Shown in pieces: positions 1 to 11,947 of a stretch of 64,000 bases of DNA. Source of the DNA: Octopus vulgaris (Eukaryota); NCBI GenBank assembly GCA_951406725.2, contig OX597836.1, positions 48,546,001 to 48,610,000 of the forward strand. The letters are read 5' to 3'. The position numbers and the translations under genes were made by a program. The notes under the pieces were generated by a model. The model was not told where the DNA came from. It did no database searches and saw nothing but the letters and a program-made list of their open reading frames with translations. Position 1 is the first letter of the stretch. The number at the start of each line of letters is the position of its first letter.

Positions 1-236
1 TATATATATATGTATATATATACATATATATGTATATATATATATACATATATATGTATATATATACATATATATGTATATATATATACATATATATGTA
101 TATATATACATATATATGTATATATATATACATATATATGTATATATATACATATATATGTATATATATACATATATATGTATATATATACATATATATG
201 TATATATATATACATATATATGTATATATATATACA

Positions 237-275
<39 letters not shown>

Positions 276-599
276 TATGTATATATATACATATATATGT
301 ATATATATACATATATATGTATATATATACATATATATGTATATATATATACATATATATGTATATATATACATATATATGTATATATATACATATATAT
401 GTATATATATATATACATATATATGTATATATATATATACATATATATGTATATATATACATATATATGTATATATATATACATATATATGTATATATAT
501 ATACATATATATGTATATATATATACATATATATGTATATATATATACATATATATGTATATATATACATATATATGTATATATATATACATATATATG

Positions 600-645
<46 letters not shown>

Positions 646-822
646 TATGTATATATATACATATATATGTATATATATATACATATATATGTATATATAT
701 ATACATATATATGTATATATATATACATATATATGTATATATATATACATATATATGTATATATATATACATATATATGTATATATATATACATATATAT
801 ATATATACATATACATATATAC
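1..822. repeat. Compound (TA)n microsatellite with recurring TACATATATATG interruptions
   Basis: Directly visible; it is the source of the YI-rich ORFs on both strands. Confidence 0.97.
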
Positions 823-1100
823 GGAGGCGCAATGGCCCAGTGGTTAGGGCAGCGGACTCGCGGTCGCAATTCCCAGGCCGGGCGTTGTGAGTGTTTATTG
901 AGCGAAAACACCTAAAAGCTCCACGACGCTCCGGCAGGGGGTGGTGATCCCTGCTGTACTCCTTCACCACTCTTTCTCTCACTCTTTCTTCTGTTGGCCT
1001 GCTCGCAAGCGGGGTGGCGTCATTCGAAGGCTAAAACAATGCAAACGTATTGTGACCAGCGATGTGTAACAACATCTGATGGTCTGGTTGGTCACGTGAT
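823..1100 (+). mobile_element. tRNA-derived SINE (family C)
   Basis: tRNA-like head GGAGGCGCAATGGCCCAGTGGTTAGGGCAGCGGACT; a related copy is on the minus strand at about 7415-7795. Confidence 0.7.
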
Positions 1101-1329
1101 ATATATATACATAGTCGCGTGCTAAGTAGCTTGCTTACCAACCACATCAAGGTTAGGCAGGTCAGTATATAAAGTTTTACTATATAAATACATGAAATTC
1201 ATGTTTTGATATAGAAAAACTTTATATATTGATCTTACTTGCTTATCCCTACATTTATTCCTATCCCCCCTCAAGTTTAAACTTCATAAGCACGACTTAG
1301 TGTATTCTATACACAGAATATCTGACTCT

Positions 1330-1700
1330 CAGGAGTGGCTGTGTGGTAAGTAGCTTGCTTCCCAACCACATTGTCCTGGGTTCAGTCCGACTGTGTGGCA
1401 CCCCGGGCAAGTGTCTTCTACTCTAACCTCGAGCTGCCCAAAGCCTTGTGAGTGGATTTGGTAGACGGAAACTGAAAGAAGCTCGTCATGTGTGTATACA
1501 TATATGTGTATGTATGTGTGTCTGTGTTTGTCCCCCCAACATCGCTTGACAACCGATGCTGGTGTGTTTACGTCTCTGTGACTTAGCTGTTCGGCAAAAG
1601 AGACTGATAGAATACATACTAGGCTTACAAAGAATAAGTTCTGGGGTCGATTTGCTTGACTAAAGGCAGTGCTCCAGCATGACTGAAACAAATAAAAGAA
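1330..1700 (+). mobile_element. tRNA-derived SINE (family A, octopus OK/OR-like)
   Basis: Head CAGGAGTGGCTGTGTGGTAAG...GGGTTCAGTCC; body repeated more than 10 times in this window. Confidence 0.85.
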
Positions 1701-2694
1701 TATACTCTGTTGAAAAGAAAGTCATTAAGGGTATAAACATAAATCTATGCTCAAACGTGTATTGAAGCATGAAGCAGATTAAATTCTCTTCATAAACAAA
1801 ACTTGAATTATTTTTACTTCCATTCAGGCAACTTTCCTATTAACACAAGCTTACCACAGCTTTCTTACATTGTACACAGCTTTGAAAACTGGTCCCATCT
1901 GAAGTTTTAAAAACAAAAAAATTTAATCAACAATGAGTCCAAAACGATGGAGTGAATTATCAAAAGTTAATCAAGTAGACCTTGTCTCCTGCAATGTAAA
2001 TTATTTCTAATCTATTTTGTACAATAATGATTTGATACACACATACACAGACTTACACACATTATACTTATATATGTGTGAATATATTTTGGTACAATAA
2101 GACAAAAAAAAATTATATATATTTTTTTTTTTTTGAAATTCTTTATTTTAGCCAATGTGATTGTTTTAATTATTGCTTTTATATAGTATAGTCTGTGAAG
2201 AGAAGAAATGTCTAGCTTTGCCAGGTCATATTTGAATGGGAATAAGAGCTGTTGAGTGAGGTTGAGGCTTGTTTTGTAACTATGTTGTTCCAGTTTTGAT
2301 CTGACTGTGCTGCGCCTTCAGCTTGGGTCTCCAAGAGTTTTGGTTGAAACAAGTTCTAGGGTTGATTCATTCAGCGAGAGAATTTTTTAGGTTGGTTCTC
2401 TTGTATGGTCGCAGCCTAATGACTGAAACAAGAATAAAATGGAAGACATTACTAAGAAGCTTGGATGGAAATTCATGAATCATTTAATTTCATTAATGGA
2501 TTCATGAATTTCCATCCCCAAATTCTTGCTATTACTCTGTTCATCCCATGTTATACTGACACTAGATTAATAACCTTCCTATAAATTTACTCTGGAAGAT
2601 GGGAACAATAAGTGGCAGCCGGAGTAGACGGCATTGGAGCTTTTTATGAGGACACTCAAAAACGTTTCACATAAACAGACTTAAAAGATGTATA

Positions 2695-3568
2695 TATAAT
2701 TAAAAATGGTAAACAAATTAGGAAAAGGTACAGAAGTATATTTTAAAGAATGTTTAATAAAATATTACCAGTTTTGACATCAAATATTAGAAAGAGGTTT
2801 TTGGGGGAGTCAAAGAGAAAGAAAGAAACAGCTTTTGGGTGGGGTTTAACAGTTTGTACCCAAATTTGAGTTCTTCAGGAAATGTTACTTTAGTCAGTCT
2901 CTTTGATTAGTAGGTTTGGGGTAGGGTTCAAAAGTTCAAGTTGCAGGAAGTCTTTTTCCCAAAAAATCAAAATCACACACACACACAAAAAAGCACATGT
3001 ATAGACACACACATACACTCACACAGATAAAACAATACACACACACACACAGCTGGTCAGAACTACTGACCACATCTCTTCAATTGAAAAAAAGATATAA
3101 AGAAAAATACTTTGACTGTGTACCCCAAACAGAGAGAGAGCAAAACAAATGACAAATAATTCCACCCAAATTCTCTGAATAACCATTCTTAAAAAACACT
3201 CAACCATTTTCTCTCAATAGAAAAAAGAAAACTGTTTTTGATAATAGATTCCAAACACACTCACAACTGGCTAAACCATTTAATTCAAAAGACTTCCTGA
3301 AACTTGAACCCTTGAACTCTACTTCAAAGCTACTTAGACAAAACATTTACAAGAGAATGACTAAAGCAAAATTTCATTAACAATTCAAATTTAGGTAGAA
3401 ACTGTTAAACCCAACAAAAAATGTTGTTTTTTTTTTCTGCCCCCACCCCCAATTCTTTCTAATATTTGATAAGATGGATAAGATACAAATGGAAACTGTA
3501 TCTTATTAAACATTCTCTAAAATATTCTTCTGTGCCTTTTCCAACTTTATTTACTTTTTTTTAACTAT
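2695..3568. repeat. Degenerate long inverted repeat (foldback/MITE-like), arms about 2695-2956 and 3287-3568
   Basis: Collinear reverse-complement blocks, e.g. GTTCAAGTTGCAGGAAGTCTTTT / AAAAGACTTCCTGAAACTTGAAC and GGAAAAGGTACAGAAGTATATTTTA / TAAAATATTCTTCTGTGCCTTTTCC. Confidence 0.75.
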
Positions 3569-3606
3569 AATCTTTACTTTGTATGGACTCCTAACCACTT
3601 TTCATC

Positions 3607-3662
<56 letters not shown>

Positions 3663-4060
3663 GAAGATGAAATGTATTTTAATAAACACTGCCTTTAAAA
3701 ATCATTTAATGTATGTATACACTTATACACTTTGGGGCACATTCTGTGTGTGTGTGTGTGTGTATATATATAACTGACTTAACAAATCTTATCAGGTAGT
3801 GCTGTTAAATCAGACATGGCCTGGACCAATCTTTGACCGAAGCATTTAAATTAATCTAAATTATATAATGTGTGTATATATACATACATACACACACGCA
3901 CACATATATATATAATCATGGATAATAATATCATTACATATTTGAACTCCAAGTGGGTTCCTACAGGCTGCTTAGTGTTTTATAAACACCCACACACCCA
4001 CATAAGTGTTCTCATGCTTGTAACTGTGACCAATCTCTCTTTCTCTTCCTCCCACTCCAG

Positions 4061-4148
4061 GTACCACTCAGTCCATACCTGATGTTGTCTGTCACCAATT
4101 GGTTTAAGAGCTTTTATTTTCTTTTTACACAGAACTAAATTACTTTAG
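4061..4148 (+). other. TUT4/7: Probable 5' UTR exon of TUT4/7
   Basis: Long pyrimidine tract then CCAG acceptor at 4060; donor TAG|GTGAGT at 4148/4149; lies just upstream of the ATG exon. Confidence 0.55.
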
Positions 4149-4559
4149 GTGAGTTTTCTTACTCATCCCTCCTATTCTCTCTCTCTCTCTCTTTGCCTCT
4201 AGCAACTCTCCTCTTATCTATTTCCCTCTTTTTCTTCCTTTCTTACCTCTCTCCTCTTATATGCTTCACCTCTTTCCTTTCTTCATCTCTTGTAACTCCC
4301 TTCTTATATCTCTCTCTACTTTGCTCTTTTTTACTCTCTTACCATCTCTTTTCATCCTTTCTCCTGTACTATTTCTTATTCTCTCTTATGCTCTCACTCT
4401 CTCTCTCTCCTTTATAATCACATTCATACACTCTCCCATATCTCCCCTTATATTCTCGCTTGTCTTACTCTCTTATTTCTTCCTATCCACCATAAACCTT
4501 CTCTCTCTCTCTCGCTTGTCCGCACTCATTCCTCTCTTTTTTTGTGTTCCTCTGCAGAA

Positions 4560-5490
4560 ATGGCAGAATGCCCCAGCAGCTCTGAGATTGAGACCAGCTT
4601 GAAGCTGTTGCTTCGAATCAACAATGATAACCCAAGCAAAACGCCTGCTGCAGAGGCCCACCATCAGATTCACGATTCTGGGCACAGACTGAATTTCCAG
4701 CATGGGGGAGGGCTGTCCGACAACCTGCCTGTCCCCAACCGTGGTGTCCTTGCACAACCACTAACAAAGGATCACTTCCGGGGTGGCCCATCAATGGCAC
4801 ATCAGGCCCCTCCTCTGACAGCGCCACCGAATACAAACTCGCTATTCCCTACCTCCTCATCCTCTTGCTGCCTGCAAGATTTGAACTTACGAGACTCACA
4901 CAGCTGGAAGAAGTCGAGGAAGGTGACGGAGAAGAAGGAAGCAGCAATGAAGAAAACCCCGTTTAAGGTGAAGGATCGTAAGGGCTGTTTACTGAAATCG
5001 AAAACCGGTGAAGGGAGCGAGGGTGGGAGCGGCAATGATGAAGAGAGCGAGCCTGGTGTTGGTCAGGCATCGACAGGGAGCGGCAACATGTGTGCAATGG
5101 TTTGGGAAATGATGAATGCCGCTGCTTCTGCCTCGGCTACAAACAACATGGCTGACCCCTACCAGACTGCAGCAAAGCAGCAGCAGCAGCATCATCATCA
5201 ACATCATCAACAGCAGCAGCATCAACAACAATATCAACAACAACATCATCAGCAACAGCAGCATCAACAATATCAACAACAGCAAAAGCATCAACAGCAA
5301 CAACATATACAGCAGCAACAGCGTCAGCAACAGCAGCAACGTCAACAACAACAACAGCAGCGTCAACAACAGCAGCAGCGTCAACAACAACAGCAACCAC
5401 AGCAGCAGCATCGACAGCAACAGCTGCAGCAGCAGCAGCAGCAGCAGCAGCAAGAGAAGGAAAAAGAGAAGTCTGCCAGTGAAGCGTTTG
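4560..5490 (+). CDS. TUT4/7: TUT4/7 coding exon 1 (disordered N-terminus with polyQ/H)
   Basis: Acceptor CTGCAG at 4557, ATG at 4560, open 310 codons, donor G|GTAAGT (phase 1). Confidence 0.8.
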
Positions 5491-5589
5491 GTAAGTTTGG
5501 AATGTTTCTTTCAAATCTCATCAGGGTTGGTTTTGTCTGTCCATTGTTGATAAAGTACCAGTAATATACTGCGACCACCTCAAGGTCTA

Positions 5590-5780
5590 GTCCATGCCCT
5601 AGTGGGGTGGCTTATGTGTGCCTTAGTGACCCTGAAAGCTATTCCAATGGAACTCCTCATCCTTGTAGGGCTAGATTGGTCAAAGGACAGAGGCCAGGCT
5701 TATAATGGACCACCTCTCCTCAAAAGGGGACGTGGGTCTGTATAGCCCTACCTAGAAATAAAGCAAAGTCACAGAAGCAT
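5590..5780 (+). mobile_element. RTE LINE 5' UTR-like remnant
   Basis: GTGGGGTGGCTTATGTGTGCCTTAGTGACCCTGAAAGCTAT...GGTCAAAGGACAGAGGCCAG resembles RTE-clade 5' ends (recognised from memory). Confidence 0.4.
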
Positions 5781-6079
5781 TGATGAAAATTCCAAACCAA
5801 CAAGACCTGGGAAAGAACAGTGGAGAAAAGCCATCTTTGGCATGTCCAGATACTTAAAGCTTCATTTCCGTCGATGGAATGAATATTTCTTGCTATTTCA
5901 ATTATTGAAGAAGCCTTAGGAATTCATTCAACATGCCATGCCTGATTTGGGTTTGATGTAAACTCATAAAACAAGGGTAAAACAAATTTAACTACTAGGG
6001 TATAAAAAAACAAACTAACATTGGAATATAAAAACAAATGATTATTTTAGTGTTAATATTGAAAAAGTAGCATTAAAAT

Positions 6080-6716
6080 CATCATCATCATCATCATTTG
6101 ATGTCTGTTGTCCATGATGGTATGAGTTGGATGGTTTGGCCAGGGCTGGTAAACTGGAAGGCTGCACCAGACTCCAGTCTGATTTGGCATGGTTTTCTAT
6201 GGCTGGATGCTCTTCTTAATGCCAACCACTCCAAGAATGTAATGGGTACCATTTGCATGATGCCAGTATCTACCACGACAGCTATTTTACTTGGTATATA
6301 TATATATATCTAACTGTGGATGAGCCAAACCCAGGAAGACATGGGATAACACAGTGAAGAAAGCATGATCTTCGGATGTTGGGTCTCACAGAAGCGATGA
6401 CAGATGATGAAGACCTTTGGCAATTCGCTGTGCTTGAGAAAACTCAACAAGCCAAGTGAAATCATAGTCATGGCTGATGCCAGTGGCATGTTAAAGGCAC
6501 CCACTACACTCTCAGAGTGGTTGGTGTTAGGAAGGGCATCCAGCCATAGAAACCTTGCCAAATCAGACTGGAACCTGGTGCAACTCTTTGGCTTACCAGT
6601 CCTCAGTCAAACCGTCTAACCCATGCCAGCATGGAAAACAGATGTTGAATGATGGTGATATATTGTCATCATTTAATGTGTTTTTCATGCTGGCATGGGT
6701 TGGACGGTTTGACTGG
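6080..6716. mobile_element. Three RTE-type 3' tails in alternating orientation (-, +, -)
   Basis: Tail motif GGAAGGGCATCCAGC...AACCCATGCCAGCATGGAAA...(GAT)n and its reverse complement. Confidence 0.8.
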
Positions 6717-6793
6717 ATCTAGCAATCTGTATGCGTGTGTGTAGATATTTGTACATATGTATATATATATATTCTTCTTTATCATTATTACAG

Positions 6794-6837
6794 CTGAAGA
6801 ACTCTCCAAAGAAGATAAAGTCTATCCATTGAAACGA
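6794..6837 (+). CDS. TUT4/7: TUT4/7 coding exon 2 (AEELSKEDKVYPLKR)
   Basis: TACAG acceptor, CGA|GTAAGT donor, phase 1 to 0; resembles the segment before the TUT4/7 zinc finger. Confidence 0.85.
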
Positions 6838-7414
6838 GTAAGTAACTATCTATTGACATCCCCCTCCCTCCCTCAACTACTGTTTAAAATCACTAATCCT
6901 TTGTTGAGATATAACTGAGTGGATAACACACTGGATTATCTCTATGTAGGTCATTAGTTCACATTTGTTGCCAGGTTTTTTTTTGTAAGTCTTAACTTGG
7001 CCTTGATCAAGTCAAGCTCTAATGGAAGGTTTTTCAGATTTGAGTGTCTCATCCTTTAATGAATATTTTGGACTACATTATCAAATGATGCCTTCTTTTT
7101 TGTAGGATTTAAAAGAAATTTAGTAGCTATCTCTAGCATGTAGAAGCTTCCTCATTGGCTTTTTTTTTTCTTTTTTTTTTTTATCTCCTAGGTATTTCTG
7201 GGCAGAAGACATTGCCCCAGTTAACCTGTAGGTGCCAAATAATCAGGGAATGTTAATCTGCAGCAGAAATTGTGCTCTCATTTGTGTCGTTCCTTCAAGT
7301 CAGAACCAAGCAATGGCGCTTAGGAAACATTTATAATTTGAAAATTCTTCTTCATAATTATTTTCTTTTTTGCAGTCCTTATTCCATACATACTCACATG
7401 ATTGTGCCGTCGTC

Positions 7415-7795
7415 ATGGCACTCTGTTGGTTACGATGATGAGGGTTCCAGTTGATCTGATCAACAGAACAGCTTGCTTGTGAAATTAATGTGCATGTGGC
7501 TGAGTACTCCACAGACACATGTACCCTTAATGTAGTTCTTGAGGAGATTCCGTGTGACACAGTGTGACAAGGCTGGCCCTTTGAAATACAGGTACAACAG
7601 AAACAGGAAGAAAGAGTGAGAGAAAGGTGTGGTGAAAGAGTACAGCAGGGTTTGCCACCACCTCATACCAGAGCCTCGTGGAGCTTTAGGTGTTTTTGCT
7701 CAATAAACACTCATGATGCCTGGTCTGGGAATTGAAACCATGATCCTATGATCACAAGTCCACTGCCATAACCACTGGGCCATTGCACCTTCACA
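7415..7795 (-). mobile_element. tRNA-derived SINE (family C head, different tail)
   Basis: Reverse complement begins GGTGCAATGGCCCAGTGGTTATGGCAGTGGAC; tail shared with 46636-46830. Confidence 0.7.
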
Positions 7796-9167
7796 CATGA
7801 TTGTGTATGTATGTATGTGTGTGTGTATTAAACATTGCAAATGGGAAGTAGTGGAAACCTACTTTTTCACTTTTTTAGAATTCATAATTATAACCAGAGG
7901 AGGTGATGGTTTTGAGTTCAGTCCCACTGCATGGCACCTTGGGCATCTCTCTCTCTCTCTCGATTGATGCAGTTAGCGTTCTTCTGTTAGAATATTTGTA
8001 AGACACTGAAGAAATGTTATGCTGGTGTTCTGGAGGGTTGCAATCTTGGGCAAGAATTACTGGGAGATCTGCAACAAAATGGGAGCCCTTCAGTTATTTT
8101 AATGGCTAACAGTAAGTTCTGGTTTCTTGATCTGTAAAAGCAGATGAGAATTAAATCTTCCACTGGATAGAATAGGCTCCATTCCCAGATCATCTAGTGA
8201 CTAACACCAACAACTAGGTGAACCCACCGAGTGTCTTCTGTCTAGAAACACACACACACAGGCACAAAGCCAACAGTCTTTTCATGGTTGATTAATGTGC
8301 TAGAAATAGGAACCAAATCTCCCTATCATTACAATGTACAACACAACAGTTGTAAGATCTCTACTTATGACCATGTGCTGGATAGTTGAGTTTCTTACTA
8401 TCACAACTAGTGCCAGATTCAGATAAAGAGAGGTCCTAAGCTATTCCCCTTGTGATGTCCTCCTTAAAATGTTGAAAATATTGCACATCTTGGCCAGTGG
8501 CTTCCTGGCTTTGGAGCCTTTTTATTCAGGCTGCTCCCTATTCTTGTACCTAAATGGAAGTAAATATCATGTGGCAATAATTTATTGATCAATAAAGTTT
8601 GCAATTCCTTTGGGACTAAATATTATTATATATATTGTCAATGTTATTGAGAAAAGCATATTTGTGCTGTCATCTCATCACCTCTCATAGTTGCATACAT
8701 AAGAAGTCTTGTAACGAACCAATGTGGGGGCCTCTATACGGTTGCAAATATTATAAACCCTTACTGTGGTTAAATAACAATGTCAACACATTCTTCCTCT
8801 ACAACTGATGTGTGGAAAGAAAGAGGGAGGGATTCTGCTTGTGACTGTTTCATTGTTGACTTCCCCAAACAGTACCATAAATTAGCTGCTTTTAAAGCAG
8901 TCATGAATTAGTCTAGCACTGTTGTGGATAGCCTAATTTGCATATTTGTACTTTTGATGGTTTATCATTAATTAAACAATATATATGCTCAACACAGCTT
9001 ACATCAACAGTATGGAAAGAATGTGTTTACATTTTTATTTAACCCACAATAAGGCTTTATAGTATTTACATTTATTTCAGGTCTTCTGATTTCTGTGTTT
9101 TGCATAAATATCTAAGTATATTGATGTAATTGGCCTGCGTTTGATGTGTAGCCTATTGTTTCCACAG

Positions 9168-9284
9168 CGATCTGCCCGGTTTCCAGATGCCAAGTATTTC
9201 TGCCGTTTATGTGAATTCCATTGTATGAATGATGCAGATTGCTTGACCCACATCCGAACCATTAAACACCAATGGCGCAAAGAG
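9168..9284 (+). CDS. TUT4/7: TUT4/7 coding exon 3 (C2H2 zinc finger)
   Basis: RSARFPDAKYFCRLCEFHCMNDADCLTHIRTIKHQWRKE, C-x2-C-x12-H-x5-H; CACAG / GTGAGA; phase 0/0. Confidence 0.93.
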
Positions 9285-9494
9285 GTGAGATTCTTGCCAT
9301 TTCCTTCAGTTCATTCCTCACCATTTTCCAATATCTTCTTTACACTCTTGCTTCTTTTCCTCTCATTTCACTTCATCTTCTTTCATTTTGTTCTTCTTTT
9401 CCTTCTCTTTCATTCAACTTTGCTTTTTGCACTTCTATTGTTCTTTCTTTCTTTCTTTTTCTATCTGCATTTTCTCCCTTTTACTCAATCTCTT

Positions 9495-9853
9495 TATTCT
9501 TTCGGTCGTTGGACTGTGGCCATGCGAAGGCAACACACTTGAAGAGTTTAGTTGAACCAATCAACCTTGCTACTTATTTTTGAGTCTGTTGCTTACTCTT
9601 TGGGTCTCTTGCTGAACCACTAGGTTATGGGGATGTAAACAAACTAGCATCGGTTGTCAAGCAGTGGTTACACACACACACGCACACACACATACACATG
9701 ATGGACTTCTTCACAGTTTCTGTCTACCAAATTTATTCAGAAGGCATTGGTTGGTCGAGGGTTGTAGTAGAAGACACTTGGCCAAGGTGCCACACAGTGG
9801 GATTGAACCTGGGACCTTGTGGTTGGGAAGCAGACTTCTTACCACACAGCCAC
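9495..9853 (-). mobile_element. Family A SINE
   Basis: Reverse complement of the 1330-1700 element. Confidence 0.8.
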
Positions 9854-10189
9854 ATTAACTTTTCTCCCTTTTTATTCTGCTTTTCTTTTCCTCCCTCTCT
9901 TCTCTCCTTTATTTCTCCTTCCACATCCTTCAATCTACTCAATGCCACTCTTCCATACTTCATGTCTTAACCCTTCACTTCTCTCATTTTTCAGCCACCA
10001 ATTCCATACGGTCGTTTCTGCTACTCTGGTGATGTTCTTCCATGTCATCTTCTTAGCAATACTTGTTCCCTTCTTAACACTCTTCCCTTCTCGTTTTCTC
10101 CTGATTCAATTTCACTCCAATCAACTCAATATTTCCTCATTTGCATAACAGTAAACCATTGATTCATCAGTTCTTTGGTGTGTTTGCAG

Positions 10190-10367
10190 ATAGCGGCAGC
10201 AAAAGACAAGCTGAGGAAATTGCCCACACCGACTTCACTTCAACTGCGAGATATAGAAGACACGGTGGAGCGTGTCTATAAAGAGCATGGCTTGACCACA
10301 GCTGAGGTTCAGATCCGGAAGAAGTTTGTCCAAAAAGTTGAACAATTTCTGCAAGAAGACATAAAAG
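10190..10367 (+). CDS. TUT4/7: TUT4/7 coding exon 4
   Basis: IAAAKDKLRKLPTPT...EHGLT...LQEDIK; TGCAG / GTGAGA; phase 0 to 1. Confidence 0.93.
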
Positions 10368-10866
10368 GTGAGAGCTTTTGAATTGCTGTTTTTGGATTGC
10401 CTTAGTTCTTGGTTAGCCCCGGGTCAGTCCTAATCCAGCAGTCCTTTGGACAAAAAGGCTTCAGTCTTGAATATCTAGGCATACATAATCAAATGTGATC
10501 ATCATTTATTAAACTGATAAGATCTAATTTCATGAAAAATTCACTGCTATTTCTAGCCAGTCAAATGCATGGCTATACAGGTAAGAAGATTGCTTTACAG
10601 TCATGTTGCTTTCAGTTCAGTCCCACTGCATGGCATCTTGAGCAAGTGTCTTCTCCTCTAGCTTCAGGACAACCAAAGACTTGACTCTGTTCAACTGATC
10701 TTTGATAGGGTTTTGTTCTCCGTCCTGCAGGGTGTCCAACAAAAACCACCCTCCTTACTAAGCAGGTTTGGTAGGGTTGCCATTTTAATCATCTACAGCT
10801 TAACCATGTAACAGGTCCTTGTCTACTCGTGACTGAGGAAGACCATCTTCTGCATGAAGTTATTAA

Positions 10867-11947
10867 CCCTTTCGTTACTATATTTCTGACCAAATTACAC
10901 CCCTTATGTGTTTCAATTAATTTCTAACGTAATCATAAATTTAGTCTGGTTTCATTAAACAACTATAACTTTTTTATTTATCGATATATTAATCTGATTT
11001 TTGGAAGATAATTTAATGAAATATTCTCAACCAATTCTATACTATAATTTTTGTCACAAAGTGACTCTATTTGCAGGTAGATACAGGTAAATTCCACAAA
11101 ATATAAAATTATTAAAATTTTGTTCAAACATCGCTATAGAAAATATTAGCTAATATTCAATTGGGTATACAACAAAATTTTACGATAGAATTTGTTATTC
11201 TGGGTAACTTTCTGATACCCATAATAATATTTATGGCAAAATAGGCCTTAATTTCATTTAAGGTTGTGGGAAATAACAAACTATCGTTTCTTTCGTTTTG
11301 TTTACGTTTAGCGTAACGGTTCGTTTTCGCTGTAATGATTTCAAATAGGCTCATTCGAAAAAGTAAATAGAAATAGCCTAAGGCTTTACCTTTCTGGGAA
11401 AGTCTGTGGCTTGGTCCAGTTTCTGCAGAAAAATCACCGAAAGAAACAGTTTTTAAATTTTCACTCCATTCAGGTGCCAATTCGTTTTCTTTATCGCTAT
11501 CGGAGATCTCAGATTCACTGTTTTCACTTTCGGAAAATGAAACATCAAATTCATTATCAAATACCATGGGCTTTTTTTTTCAGTCATAGAGTTAGATTTA
11601 TGAAGGTCTTCAGTAGAAAATCCTTCGAATTCTGACTCGCTGCTTGATATAATGAAATTCGTATCCATTTTTTGTCAGAATTACAAATTTTGAAAACACA
11701 ATAGGAACAAATTTCGGAAAAAAATCTCCCAAAATTCACGGAATTAAAATTACACTTCGATTATTGTACAAAACTGTAGTTGAACTGTTTACGAAGTATA
11801 ATACGTGTTTTCACGAATGTACTGAAGAGATTTGCTCTGATATTCTCATTTAAATATGAATAGGTAAATTTGGGCGGCTTTGGGCGGTTTGGTTTCATAA
11901 ACCAAAATTTTTTTCGGGCGGCTTTGGGCAGTTTGGTAACGAAAGGG
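10867..11947 (-). mobile_element. Internally deleted piggyBac transposon, copy 1
   Basis: TTAA at 10863-10866 and 11948-11951; perfect 12-bp TIR CCCTTTCGTTAC / GTAACGAAAGGG; frameshifted transposase N-terminus on the minus strand at 11157-11668 (ESEFEGF; ETGP..GYFYLLF..LFEIITAKTNRYA..TTLNEIKAYFAINIIMGIRKLP). Confidence 0.92.

Noticed and set aside
823-900. tRNA genes (also at 49096-49165, 51304 and 59563)
   Set aside because: Incomplete cloverleaves running into repeat bodies; these are SINE heads.
10-915. Long YI-rich ORFs on both strands
   Set aside because: Translations of a TA microsatellite that lacks stop codons.
4989-5578. Poly-L, poly-A/V, poly-S/N and poly-C ORFs (also at 42257-42835)
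   Set aside because: Alternative frames and antisense of the polyQ exons.
11157-11668. Domesticated PGBD gene or TUT-transposase fusion exon
   Set aside because: Frameshifted, truncated before the catalytic core, antisense to the host gene and still bounded by TIRs.
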